NCBI GenBank assembly: GCA_902774155.1
Contig: CACYHF010000006.1
Span: 37,391-101,390, forward strand
DNA length: 64,000 nucleotides
Direction: 5' to 3'
Source: an uncultured Bacteroidia bacterium
GTDB taxonomy: Bacteria > Bacteroidota > Bacteroidia > Bacteroidales > UBA932
Shown here: piece by piece, positions 1 to 10,004 of the stretch
Position numbering within the stretch: the first letter of the stretch is position 1
How the letters are laid out: every line of letters starts with the position of its first letter
Made by a program: the position numbers and the translations under genes
The notes under the pieces: generated by a model
Database searches by the model: none
What the model was told of the DNA's origin: nothing
The model's input: the letters and a program-made list of their open reading frames with translations, nothing else

Positions 1-1704
1 GCCGCTGCAGACGCCGCCGTTGCAGCCAATACGGCCTCGTCGGCCACTATGGCTCCGGTAGCTCCGGTGTATTCTGATTCCCTCCTGAACAGCGCCGCCC
101 GGGCCGATGCCCAGCTGGTTACGCTGGAAAACAGCAAACTGGAAGTCGTGTTCACCACCCGGGGCGGCCAGCCGTACTCGGTGCGGGTGAAGGATTACCT
201 TACCTATGGCAAGGAGCCGCTGTATCTGCTCCAGGCCGATCAGTCCCAACTGGGATTCGTGGTGTATGCGCCCACGGCCGTGGACACGCGGAAATTCACC
301 TTCCAGTATGTGGCCGAGGCCTCCACGGACAGCACCGTGGTGATGCGCCTTCCTTTCGCCACCGGCGGTTACATCGAGCAGAAGTACACGCTGGTCCAGG
401 ATTCCTATTCGGTGAATGAGACCGTCTCGCTGGTAGGGATGGGAGATTTGATTCCCCGCAACGTGGGCAGTATGGACGTAGACTTCGACGCCGTGATTCC
501 CCGTATGGAGAAGGGCTACAAGAACGAAACCCAGTACTCCCGCCTGAACTATTACTTCCCGGACGACAACAAGCCCGCCAGCATCGGCAACGGCCGCAGA
601 GGAGAGAAGCGTTTCAATAACAATATTGAATGGTTCGCCTTCCAGCAGCAGTTCTTCAGCGCCATTATGCGTGCGCCTAAGAACTTCAGCTACGGAGAGT
701 TCTCCATCGACTTCCTGCCCAAGGGAGACAAAGACCTTATGCACTGCCAGGCTGCCCTCCGGGCCGATATCACCCCCGGCGATAACATCCAGGTCCCCTT
801 CGAGTTCTACTTCGGTCCTAATGATTACAAGGGCCTGAAGGCCTACGGCCACGCTTATGAGAAGGTGATTCCGCTGGGTGGTAAGGTCATCGGCGTTTTC
901 ACCAAATACGTGATCATCCCGCTGTTCGACTGGCTGTCCAAGTTCATCTCCAGTTACGGCATCATTATCCTGTTAATGACCATCTTCATCAAGATCGTGG
1001 TGTTGCCGTTTGCGTACAAGAGCTATTCCTCATCGGCCAAGATGCAGGCACTGAAGCCTTATATGGAGAAGATCAACGCCAAGTATCCCAAGCAGGAAGA
1101 TGCTATGAAGAAGCAGCAGGAAACCATGGCCCTCTACAAGAAGGCTGGGGTTTCGCCTATGGGCGGCTGTCTGCCCATGCTTTTGCAGATGCCTATCCTG
1201 TGGGCTATGTTCCGCTTCTTCCCGGCTTCCATCCAGCTGCGCCAGCAGCCTTTCCTCTGGGCCGAAGACCTGAGCGCCTATGACGATATCATCCATTGGG
1301 GCACCAGCATCCTGGGTATGGACCATATCTCGCTCTTTGCGCTCCTGATGGCCGTTTCCATGTTCTTCTACTCCAAGATCATGCAGCAGCAGACTGCAGG
1401 GAACGACCCCAACGCCAAGATGATGCAGGCCATGAGCCTGTATATGATGCCCATCATGATGTTCTTCATCTGTAACAACCTGTCTTCGGGTCTCAGCTAT
1501 TATTATCTGCTCAGCAACCTCATCACCATGGTGGAAACCTGGGTTATCCGCAAGTGGATCATCAATCCCCAGGATGTGATCGCCAAGGTGGAGGCCGCCG
1601 ATAAAGAGAACAAACCGGCCCCCAAGAGCAAGTGGCAGCAGCGTCTGGAAGAAGCGCAGAAGATGCAGCGTGAGATGGAAAAGCAAAGAGGCAAGAAACG
1701 CTAA
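1..1704 (+). CDS. yidC: Membrane protein insertase YidC (5' partial)
   Basis: Frame is open from base 1; periplasmic domain followed by the YidC core (GIIILLMTIFIK, KMQALKP, GGCLPMLLQMP, YYLLSNL). Confidence 0.95.
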   Translation, partial: AAADAAVAANTASSATMAPVAPVYSDSLLNSAARADAQLVTLENSKLEVVFTTRGGQPYSVRVKDYLTYGKEPLYLLQADQSQLGFVVYAPTAVDTRKFTFQYVAEASTDSTVVMRLPFATGGYIEQKYTLVQDSYSVNETVSLVGMGDLIPRNVGSMDVDFDAVIPRMEKGYKNETQYSRLNYYFPDDNKPASIGNGRRGEKRFNNNIEWFAFQQQFFSAIMRAPKNFSYGEFSIDFLPKGDKDLMHCQAALRADITPGDNIQVPFEFYFGPNDYKGLKAYGHAYEKVIPLGGKVIGVFTKYVIIPLFDWLSKFISSYGIIILLMTIFIKIVVLPFAYKSYSSSAKMQALKPYMEKINAKYPKQEDAMKKQQETMALYKKAGVSPMGGCLPMLLQMPILWAMFRFFPASIQLRQQPFLWAEDLSAYDDIIHWGTSILGMDHISLFALLMAVSMFFYSKIMQQQTAGNDPNAKMMQAMSLYMMPIMMFFICNNLSSGLSYYYLLSNLITMVETWVIRKWIINPQDVIAKVEAADKENKPAPKSKWQQRLEEAQKMQREMEKQRGKKR

Positions 1705-2417
1705 TGATTGCCGGTAATTTACATTCCATTCTGGAGAAACTGCCATCAGGTGTTCAACTGGTGGCAGTTTCCAAATTCCATCCTGTTGAACAGATCAGGG
1801 AGGCTTATGCCGCCGGGCAGCGGGTTTTTGCCGAAAGCCGTCCGCAGGAACTGGCAGCCAAAGTTCCCCAAATGCCGGCCGATGTTCAGTGGCATTTTAT
1901 CGGCCATCTGCAAACCAATAAACTGAAACTGGTCCTCCCTTATGTTTCTCTGGTTCAGTCGGTTGACTCTATTCATCTGCTGGAAGCCATTAACAATTGG
2001 GCGCTGACCAACGGCCGGGTGGTGGACGTTCTCCTGGAACTTCATTTAGGCGCCGAAGAAACCAAACAAGGCTTCACGGAAGATGAAATTCTGGATATAG
2101 CCACGGCCGAAAAAAATTATTTTTCGCAAGACTTTGCGAAAAACCAATTTTCTTCGGCCAACGCAACGCCAACGCATGTTCCGCTGAAGGGCGTTAGGAT
2201 CCGGGGGCTGATGGGGATGGCTACCAATACGGAGGACATGAGTGTGGTGGAACGGGATTTCGAGCGGATCGAGGCGCTGTTCCGGAAAGTTCAAGCCATG
2301 GGATTGCCGGATTTCACGGAGCTGTCCATCGGCATGTCAGGGGACTGGCCGCTGGCGGTTCGTCACGGAGCCACCATGGTGCGGATCGGCACCGGTATTT
2401 TCGGCCCGCGGGTATAA
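1704..2417 (+). CDS. yggS: PLP homeostasis protein YggS/PLPBP, carrying an in-frame palindromic insert
   Basis: LVAVSKFHP, WHFIGHLQTNK, GLMGM, LSIGMSGD, GATMVRIGT motifs; TAATG overlap with yidC. Confidence 0.95.
   Translation: MIAGNLHSILEKLPSGVQLVAVSKFHPVEQIREAYAAGQRVFAESRPQELAAKVPQMPADVQWHFIGHLQTNKLKLVLPYVSLVQSVDSIHLLEAINNWALTNGRVVDVLLELHLGAEETKQGFTEDEILDIATAEKNYFSQDFAKNQFSSANATPTHVPLKGVRIRGLMGMATNTEDMSVVERDFERIEALFRKVQAMGLPDFTELSIGMSGDWPLAVRHGATMVRIGTGIFGPRV
2105..2159. repeat. AT-rich imperfect palindrome inside yggS, bounded by CGGCC direct repeats
   Basis: Left arm ggccgaaaaaaattatttttcgcaa, loop gact, right arm ttgcgaaaaaccaattttcttcggcc; CGGCC at 2104-2108 and 2155-2159. Confidence 0.85.
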
Positions 2418-2480
2418 GATACCCGGGGGGGTTGCTCCACTCAAAAAGAATGATTATCTTTGTATCCCAAGCCTTAACCT

Positions 2481-4284
2481 ATGAGTCAGAACAAAGATAT
2501 CATCCGCCGTTTCTCAGCCTGGTATTTCAGTAAACGGGTCCTGCCATATTGGGCTATCCTTTTAGCGGATTCCTTTATTGTATTCCTCTGCTGTGTTTTC
2601 ACTTTTTGGATAACGTATAAGATACAATCTTTGCTGGTGCACTGGCATGCTGTATTCTATACAGCCCTGATGTATTCTGCCATCAGTTGGATTGGTGCCC
2701 GCGTTTTCAAGACCTATTCAGGGGTACTGCGTTATTCCAGTTTCGTAGACCTGATGAAACTTACCTATGCCAATGGACTTTCCCTGGTCATTGTGCTGTT
2801 AGTTTCTCTTGTGCTCAGAAAGTTGGAGGTGAGCATGCTGGTGGCTTTGGAGCCTCTTCATACCATAGTGGTCTTCTTATTGTCCACGCTGCTGATGTGG
2901 GGTCTGAGAGTTTCGGTGAAATTCCTCTTCGATGCCACGAATACCGATTCCCAGGCAAAGCGGGCGCTGATTTACGGCGCTCTTACCGGTGGTGTCGGCT
3001 TGGCCAAGAATATCCGAACCCAGCGGTCCTCGGAGTTTGACATAAGAGGTTTCATCTCACACGAGCACCGCATCAAGGACATGAATTTGCTGGGTGTTCC
3101 CGTGTATACGCTGGAAGATGACCTTGAGGCCATTGTCAAGAAGCAACGTATCCAAGCCTTGCTGGTGAGTCCTGCCCGTGTGAACGAGTTCCGGGAAAAC
3201 CAGAAAGTGCAGGATATCATGATTGCCAACGGCGTCAAGATGTACATGGCACATGAGGCCACGGAGGCCACCGTGAAGGACGGAGAACTTCAGGTAGAGA
3301 AAATACCTCTGCAGGAGGTTAGTGTGGAGGATTTGCTGCCGCGTTCGGAAATCCGGGTGGATATGAACTCCGTGGGACAGCAATTGACTGGTAAACGGGT
3401 CCTTATTACGGGTTCGGCCGGTTCCATCGGCATGGAAATCGTCCGGCAGGTAGCTCGGTTCGGCCCTGAAAAGATGATGCTGCTGGACCAGGCCGAAACG
3501 CCCCAGCACGACGTCCGTCTGATGATGGCCCGTGATTTCCCCCAGATCTCCTGCGAGGTTGTGGTCACCAGCATCAGCCGCCGTACGCGGATGGAGTTCA
3601 TTTTCCAGGATTTCCGTCCGGATTATGTCTTCCATGCGGCCGCGTACAAACATGTGCCTATGATGGAGGACAACCCCAGCGAAGCCGTGCTCAACAATAT
3701 TTACGGTACCAAGGTCATCGCGGATCTGAGCGTCAAGTACGGGGTGAAGAAATTCGTGATGATTTCCACCGACAAAGCGGTGAATCCAAGGCAAGTCGGT
3801 CGAGTATACCCAGTTTGTTACCACCCGCTTCGGCAATGTGCTGGGCAGTAACGGCAGTGTGATTCCGCTGTTCAAGGAGCAGATCAAAAACGGCGGCCCT
3901 GTTACGGTAACCGACGAAAACATCGTCCGTTTCTTCATGCTCATTCCGGAAGCCTGCAAACTGGTACTGGAAGCCGGTACCAAAGGCAATGGTGGAGAGA
4001 TTTTCGTTTTTGACATGGGACAACCGGTAAAGATCGCCGACCTTGCCAAACGCATGATCGCCCTCTCCGGTGCCAAGGACGTGAAAATTGAATATACCGG
4101 CTTGAGGGAAGGGGAGAAACTCTATGAAGAGGTACTGAACGAACTGGAAAATACCAAACCCACTTTCCACGAAAAAATCCGCATCGCCCAGGTGCGCGAA
4201 TACGATTATGAAGACGTGTGCCGCGCCATTGACGATCTGGTGGAAACCGCCAAACACTTCGACGAGCAACAACTCCGTGTATGA
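2481..4284 (+). pseudogene. CapD/PglF-like nucleotide-sugar 4,6-dehydratase, split by an internal deletion and frameshift near 3785
   Basis: ORF 2481-3851 has TM region, GSAGSIG, HAAAYKHVP and STDKAVNP; frame 3784-4284 resumes IQGKSVEYTQFVTTRFGNVLGSNGSV; the catalytic M/YGxSK helix is missing. Confidence 0.85.
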
Positions 4285-4305
4285 AGTGTTGGATGTAAAG
4301 TAGCT

Positions 4306-5220
4306 ATGAATCTGCATATAACATCGGAGACGGGCCGTTTACGGGCAGTTGTACTCGGACTTCCCATTTCGCCCGGTGCCACCCCTTCGCTGGAGGAGAC
4401 CTTCGACAGCAAGTCCTATGAATCGGTTTTGCATGGGGTCTATCCGGCAGAGGAGGACATGGTTCGTGAGATGTGCGCCTTCGAAGCTATTCTGAAGAAG
4501 TACGATGTGGACGTGTACCGTCCCCGGCTGGTGAAAGACTGCAATCAGGTTTTCTCCCGGGACGTGGGCTTCGTCATCGACGACAAAATCATCGTCTCCA
4601 ACATCATTCCGGACCGCCAGGAGGAAATTGACGCCTACGAAGACATTTATCGGCAAATCCATTATAAGCAAATCTATAATCTGCCGGAATCCGTCCACGT
4701 GGAAGGCGGCGATGTGATTCTGTACAAGCAGTATATTTTCCTGGGACAGTACAATTTCCCGGATTATGCGCAGGTGAAGACGGCACGAACCAATCCGCTG
4801 GCCGTTGAGTATCTGCGCATGATTTTTCCGGAGCGCACCATCCTTCCGTTGAACCTGCTGAAAAGCGATACGGACCCTTATGAGGGTATCCTGCACCTGG
4901 ACTGCACTTTTATGCCCGTGGGACGCGATAAGGCCATTATCTACCGACGGGGATTCATGAATCCCCGAGATGCCGGTCATCTGATAGACATTTTCGGTGC
5001 GGAAAATGTCTTTGAAATCACCACGGAAGAAATGTATGCCATGAATACCAACGTCTTCTCCATCAGCGAGGATGTTGTGGTGGTGGAGGAGCATTTCTCC
5101 CGACTCATCCGTCATCTTCGCGATAAGTGGGGAATGACGGTGGAAACCGTTCCTTATCGGGAAATATCCAAGATGGGCGGCCTGCTGCGCTGCTCCACGC
5201 TTCCGTTAAGAAGAGATTAA
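4306..5220 (+). CDS. Amidinotransferase / arginine deiminase-family (pentein) protein
   Basis: FSRD, EGGD, LHLDC and C-terminal [11 protein letters not shown] catalytic motifs. Confidence 0.85.
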   Translation: MNLHITSETGRLRAVVLGLPISPGATPSLEETFDSKSYESVLHGVYPAEEDMVREMCAFEAILKKYDVDVYRPRLVKDCNQVFSRDVGFVIDDKIIVSNIIPDRQEEIDAYEDIYRQIHYKQIYNLPESVHVEGGDVILYKQYIFLGQYNFPDYAQVKTARTNPLAVEYLRMIFPERTILPLNLLKSDTDPYEGILHLDCTFMPVGRDKAIIYRRGFMNPRDAGHLIDIFGAENVFEITTEEMYAMNTNVFSISEDVVVVEEHFSRLIRHLRDKWGMTVETVPYREISKMGGLLRCSTLPLRRD

Positions 5221-5227
5221 ATCAATA

Positions 5228-6229
5228 ATGGAAAACGCATTGAAAAACCGCAGTTTCCTGAAGCTGCTGGATTTTAGTCCGGAAGAACTCCGTTATCTCT
5301 TGGCCCTGGCACGGGACCTCAAGCAGGCCAAGAAAGCGGGTTCGGAGGTGCAACGCCTCCGGGGCCGGAACATCGCCCTTATTTTCGAAAAGACGTCCAC
5401 GCGTACCCGTTGCGCCTTCGAGACGGCGGCCCACGACCAGGGTGCCCATGTGACCTATCTGGGACCCACGGGTTCCCAGATCGGCATCAAAGAGTCCATG
5501 AAGGATACCGCGCGTGTGCTGGGACGGATGTTCGATGGCATCGAGTACCGCGGGTTTGCCCAGACAACGGTGGAAGAACTGGCGCGTTATGCCGGCGTCC
5601 CCGTCTGGAACGGCCTCACCGATGAAGCCCATCCCACACAGATCCTGGCCGATTTCCTCACCATGACCGAGCACAGCTCCAAACCCCTGGAGCAGATTCG
5701 GTACGCCTATCTGGGCGACGCCCGCTTTAATATGGGCAACTCGCTGCTGGTAGGGGGCGCCAAGATGGGGATGGATGTGCGGATGGTGGCGCCCAAGGAG
5801 TTGCAGCCGTCGGCCTGGCTCCAGGAGGAATGCCGGAAGATAGCCGCCCAGACCGGCGCCCGCATTACCGTCACGGACGATGTGGACGAAGGGGTGAAGG
5901 ACTGCGACTTCGTGTACACGGACATCTGGGTGTCCATGGGAGAGCCCGAGGGTGTGTGGAAAGAACGCATCGGCCTGCTGATGCCCTATCAGGTGAATGC
6001 TTCCCTGATGGCCCGTACCGGGAATCCCGCCTGCAAGTTCATGCACTGCCTGCCTGCCTACCACAACCGCGAAACCAAGGTAGGGGAGGAACTGTATCAG
6101 AAATTCGGTCTGGATGGGTTGGAAGTGACGGAAGAAGTGTTCGAAGGCCCGCAGAGCATTGTCTTCGACGAGGCCGAAAACCGTCTGCACACCATCAAGG
6201 CCGTGATGGTGGCCACACTTGGAGATTAG
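5228..6229 (+). CDS. argF: Ornithine carbamoyltransferase
   Basis: [32 protein letters not shown] motifs. Confidence 0.95.
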   Translation: MENALKNRSFLKLLDFSPEELRYLLALARDLKQAKKAGSEVQRLRGRNIALIFEKTSTRTRCAFETAAHDQGAHVTYLGPTGSQIGIKESMKDTARVLGRMFDGIEYRGFAQTTVEELARYAGVPVWNGLTDEAHPTQILADFLTMTEHSSKPLEQIRYAYLGDARFNMGNSLLVGGAKMGMDVRMVAPKELQPSAWLQEECRKIAAQTGARITVTDDVDEGVKDCDFVYTDIWVSMGEPEGVWKERIGLLMPYQVNASLMARTGNPACKFMHCLPAYHNRETKVGEELYQKFGLDGLEVTEEVFEGPQSIVFDEAENRLHTIKAVMVATLGD

Positions 6230-6253
6230 GAAATAATTGATTATATTGCGTTC

Positions 6254-6736
6254 ATGAGTAAAAAAAGATTTTCCATCGACTATGAGGAATTCGCTTCCGT
6301 ACAGGAGATGAGTCCGGAAGACCAGCAGTTGGTGGCTCTGGCCATAGAAGCGCAGAAAGGTTCCTATTCCCCGTATTCTCATTTCCAGGTGGGAGCTGCC
6401 TTGCGCCTGGAAGACGGAACCATCATCAAGGGCGCCAATCAGGAAAACGCCGCCTATCCATCGGGCCTGTGCGCAGAGCGTGTGGTCCTGTTCTATGCCG
6501 GTGCCAATTATCCCGACGTGGCGGCCGATACCCTTGCCATAGCAGGAAGCGATAAGGGCGTCCTTTGCGAAAGCCCGGCTTCGCCTTGCGGTGCCTGCCG
6601 TCAGGTAATGGCGGAAACCCAAAAACGTCACAGACATCCGCTGAAGACCATTTGGGTGGGGAGTAAGCGTATCCGTAAATTCTACAGCGTAGACGATATC
6701 CTGCCCTTCATCTTCGACAGCCTCAAAGTAGAATAA
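6254..6736 (+). CDS. cdd: Cytidine deaminase
   Basis: YSPYSHFQVGAA, CAER, PCGACRQ. Confidence 0.95.
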   Translation: MSKKRFSIDYEEFASVQEMSPEDQQLVALAIEAQKGSYSPYSHFQVGAALRLEDGTIIKGANQENAAYPSGLCAERVVLFYAGANYPDVAADTLAIAGSDKGVLCESPASPCGACRQVMAETQKRHRHPLKTIWVGSKRIRKFYSVDDILPFIFDSLKVE

Positions 6737-6741
6737 AAAAA

Positions 6742-6838
6742 GGGAAAGCCCCTTACATCGCACCGCTACAACCTCCTACCCTTGCTACATTCCTGTCCTG
6801 GGGGAGTTCAGAGGGAGCTGGTCGTGTAAGACTTTCCC
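6742..6838 (-). ncRNA. ffs: Signal recognition particle (4.5S) RNA
   Basis: Minus strand gggaaag...ctttccc closing stem; helix 8 CCAGG-ACA-GGAA-TGT-AGCA; TACCTTTG promoter at 6844-6851; followed by a U tract. Confidence 0.9.
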
Positions 6839-6864
6839 GGGCACAAAGGTAAGAAATCTTTTTC

Positions 6865-8055
6865 ATGATTGCAATTTATACCATCACCTCCGGTTTGCAC
6901 GATGAGCAATCCGTTTCCCGGCTCAGCGATTCCTTCCTGAAGGGGGTCTTCCCCGAGGGAGGTTTTTTGTATCAGGGAGCCGATTTCTCCGACTTCGGCA
7001 CCCATACGCTGGACCTGATTTATGTGCGCACCGGCGGTGCGGAAGGCATTTTCAAGAGCCTGCTGCCCGAAATGCGGGCGCGCGGAATCGGCCGTTTCTA
7101 TTTGCTCACTTCCGGAAAGAGCAATTCCCTGGCGGCTTCGCTGGAGATTCTTTCCTATCTGCAGCAGCAGGGGCTCAAGGGTGAAGTATTGCATGGCGGT
7201 CCCGCTTATATGCAGGAGCGTATCCAAATACTGGAACGGGTATCCCAGGCTCGTGCGAAACTGCAGGGCGCCCGTATTGGCGTAGTGGGGCAACCCTCGG
7301 ACTGGCTCATCGCCAGCCAGGCCGATCCTATGGCCATCAAGGACAAGTTGGGAGCTTCCCTGGTGGAAATTCCTATGGAAGAATTGTTGCTGGAAATCCC
7401 CCGGGCTCAGCAGAACGAGGCCCCGGCCGATGAACCGATGGCTCCGGCCGTCCGCCAGGCCTATCCCGGCGCTACCCAGATTTACCACGCACTGGAAAAG
7501 CTGGTGGAACGGTATGGTTTATCGGCCTTTACGCTCCGCTGTTTCGATTTGCTCACAGCGGTGGGCAACACCGGCTGCCTGGCGCTGGCTTCCTTCAACG
7601 CCGATGGCCTCCCGGCCTCCTGCGAAGGCGATGTCCCGGCGCTCCTGTCTATGATGGTGGCGCAGGCCGTGACCGGTTTTTCGGGCTTCCAGGCCAATCC
7701 CGCCCGCATTGACGTGGAAACGGGCCGAATGCTTTTCGCCCACTGCACCGTCCCGTTCAATATGGTGGGGAAGTGGCAGTACGACACCCATTTCGAGTCC
7801 GGCATCGGCGTGGGCATCCACGGCGAACTGCCGGAAGGCCCGGTGACGGTGTTCAAGCTGTCCGGCAAACTGGACCGTCACTTTGTAGCCGAAGGAGAAC
7901 TGCTTTATAATCAGTACGAAGACAATTTGTGCCGTACGCAGGTGATGCTGCAGCTCAAGCCGGAAGATGCCCGGTACTTCCTGACCCGTCCCATCGGCAA
8001 TCACCATATTATTCTTCCCGGTCACTGGCGGTCCGTTTTGGAGGAACTCCTATGA
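6865..8055 (+). CDS. L-fucose/L-arabinose isomerase-like protein
   Basis: LRCFDLL, ASCEGD, AHCTVP, THFESG motifs resemble the FucI/AraA superfamily C-terminal region. Confidence 0.6.
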   Translation: MIAIYTITSGLHDEQSVSRLSDSFLKGVFPEGGFLYQGADFSDFGTHTLDLIYVRTGGAEGIFKSLLPEMRARGIGRFYLLTSGKSNSLAASLEILSYLQQQGLKGEVLHGGPAYMQERIQILERVSQARAKLQGARIGVVGQPSDWLIASQADPMAIKDKLGASLVEIPMEELLLEIPRAQQNEAPADEPMAPAVRQAYPGATQIYHALEKLVERYGLSAFTLRCFDLLTAVGNTGCLALASFNADGLPASCEGDVPALLSMMVAQAVTGFSGFQANPARIDVETGRMLFAHCTVPFNMVGKWQYDTHFESGIGVGIHGELPEGPVTVFKLSGKLDRHFVAEGELLYNQYEDNLCRTQVMLQLKPEDARYFLTRPIGNHHIILPGHWRSVLEELL

Positions 8056-8453
8056 ACCTGGAACAGTTACTGGAACAGCATGGCGTGAAGCTTACGGCCA
8101 ACCGCCTGCGCATCGCCCGCGCCTTGGAAGAGGCGGGCCGCCCCCTGTCCCTGATGGAGTTGGAAGAGCGGCTGGATACCATCGATAAGAGCGGTGTGTT
8201 CCGTGCGCTCACGGCTTTCCGATCGGCCCATCTGGTACATATGCTGGAGGGAGACCCCATGCGCTACGAACTCTGCCGCAGCCGGCACGCCGACCACGAC
8301 GACGACCTTCACGTCCACTTTTATTGTGTCAAGTGCCACAATACCTATTGTCTGGAAGGAACGCCCATTCCGCCAGTGCAGGCGCCGGAGGGATATCAGG
8401 TGGAGGAATCCAGTTATCTGCTTAAAGGGATTTGCCCACGATGTGCTGAATGA
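8052..8453 (+). CDS. Fur-family transcriptional regulator
   Basis: GVKLTANRLRI HTH, HVHFYCVKC and GICPRC zinc motifs; ATG at 8052 overlaps the upstream stop. Confidence 0.85.
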   Translation: MNLEQLLEQHGVKLTANRLRIARALEEAGRPLSLMELEERLDTIDKSGVFRALTAFRSAHLVHMLEGDPMRYELCRSRHADHDDDLHVHFYCVKCHNTYCLEGTPIPPVQAPEGYQVEESSYLLKGICPRCAE

Positions 8454-9138
8454 CCAGTCCGGCCAGCGTGAAGCCGAAGATGCCCGTGATGGGCGCTAGG
8501 GTTCCGTTGGCGATGGCCTTTCCCGGGCCGGGGTCCTGTTCGGGTCCCAGATTGGGCAGCACTTCTTCGTCATAGACACACAGGAACGGCTTCGCGGGCA
8601 GCGTGCCGTTTTTTCTTAACCGTTTGCGGAGCGCTGCTCCCAGCGGACAACCGCGCACCTGGAAGAATTCGGCCACGCGAACCTTAGTGGGATCCATCTT
8701 GCAGGCGGCGCCCATAGAGGAGAAAAAGGCCCCGGGACAGGCCGCTGCCTCCAGGATCAGGTTGGCTTTATCGGTGAGGGAATCGATGGCGTCGATGATG
8801 CAATCGTAGGAAGCCAGGCCGAAATCGGCCCCTTTTTCATAGCGCGCCTGTAAGGCCGTAATCTCGCATAAGGGATTGATTTCCAGCAGTCTTTCCTTCA
8901 GCACTTCCACTTTGGGACGCCCCACCGTACGGGTGGTGGCGGGCAGTTGCCGGTTGATGTTGGTGATATCCACGCGGTCGGGATCCACCAGTGTAAGATG
9001 CCCCAGGCCGCTGCGGACCAGGGCTTCGGCACACCAGCTGCCCACACCGCCTACGCCCAGGAGAATCACGCGGGCATTGGTAAGCTTCCGGAGGCCATCG
9101 GCTCCCAGCAGGCGTTCCGTGCGGGCAAAGGCACTCAT
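8422..9138 (-). CDS. tcdA: tRNA threonylcarbamoyladenosine dehydratase (ThiF family)
   Basis: GVGGVGSW, DITNINRQ, IDAIDS, SSMGAA motifs. Confidence 0.85.
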   Translation of the reverse strand: MSAFARTERLLGADGLRKLTNARVILLGVGGVGSWCAEALVRSGLGHLTLVDPDRVDITNINRQLPATTRTVGRPKVEVLKERLLEINPLCEITALQARYEKGADFGLASYDCIIDAIDSLTDKANLILEAAACPGAFFSSMGAACKMDPTKVRVAEFFQVRGCPLGAALRKRLRKNGTLPAKPFLCVYDEEVLPNLGPEQDPGPGKAIANGTLAPITGIFGFTLAGLVIQHIVGKSL

Positions 9139-10004
9139 AACCAGGACTGAAGGACGGAGGATACGTCGCGCCAGATGGCTTCCTTGCCCAGCTCATTCAG
9201 GATTTCGTGACGCAGGCCGGGATATACCTGGCTGGTAACCGTCTGATAACCCCGTTTGCGCAGGAAGCTCACGGCCTGCGAGAACTGCTTTACCGAGCCG
9301 ATGCAGGGGTCTTCGCCCCCGGCAATGAAGTGGATGGGAAGGGTGGGCCGGGTTACTTTCCAGTCGTCGGGGTCGTAACATTCTTCCATCAGGCCCATCA
9401 GGCCCTTATATCCATTGGCCGTGAAGCGGAAACCGCATAAAGGGTCGTTGTTGTAGGCCATAACATTGGCTTTGTTGGTGGAAAGCCAGGCGTTTTCCAG
9501 CCCTTCTTCGGCGAATTTCTTGTTGTAGGCACCGGTGGAGAGTTTCTCCATCATTTCCGGCCGATAATGATCTCCGCGGAACAGGCCGATACAGCCTGCC
9601 AGCAGTTTACCCACGCCGGCGGCTGCATTTTTGGAGGGACTGCCGCAAACCACCAGGCCATCGATATCGGCATCGTACTTTTTGATAAAGCAGCGGACGA
9701 TGAGCGAACCCATACTGTGGCCGAAAAGGAATACCTTTATGCCGGGATACTGGGCACGCGTCCACAGCACCAGTTCCCGCGTGTCCTCTACCAGTTGGTC
9801 GTCTCCATTCTTGCCGAAGAAACCCAGTTCTTCTTTGGGACATTCGGCACCGTGTCCGCGCAAATCGGCGATCACGCACGCGAAACCTTGCTCGGAGAGC
9901 CAGGTCATAAAGGGGTGGTAGCGTTTTTGATGCTCAGCCATGCCGTGGACCAGGACTACAGCGGCTTTAGGGCTTTCGGGGGCGATGACAGTGGGGGTAT
10001 TCAT
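9135..10004 (-). CDS. Alpha/beta hydrolase (lysophospholipase-like)
   Basis: VHGMAEH, GHSMG nucleophile elbow, GEDP, RHEILNE. Confidence 0.85.
   Translation of the reverse strand: MNTPTVIAPESPKAAVVLVHGMAEHQKRYHPFMTWLSEQGFACVIADLRGHGAECPKEELGFFGKNGDDQLVEDTRELVLWTRAQYPGIKVFLFGHSMGSLIVRCFIKKYDADIDGLVVCGSPSKNAAAGVGKLLAGCIGLFRGDHYRPEMMEKLSTGAYNKKFAEEGLENAWLSTNKANVMAYNNDPLCGFRFTANGYKGLMGLMEECYDPDDWKVTRPTLPIHFIAGGEDPCIGSVKQFSQAVSFLRKRGYQTVTSQVYPGLRHEILNELGKEAIWRDVSSVLQSWL

Noticed and set aside
3780-3851. Programmed frameshift in the capD-like gene
   Set aside because: A frameshift would not restore the missing catalytic segment, and there is no slippery heptamer.
5222-6763. Long antisense ORFs here and at 36228-37709, 38592-40145, 43396-44703 and 60883-62406
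   Set aside because: These are shadows of well-conserved genes, expected with strong GC3 bias; they carry no motifs.
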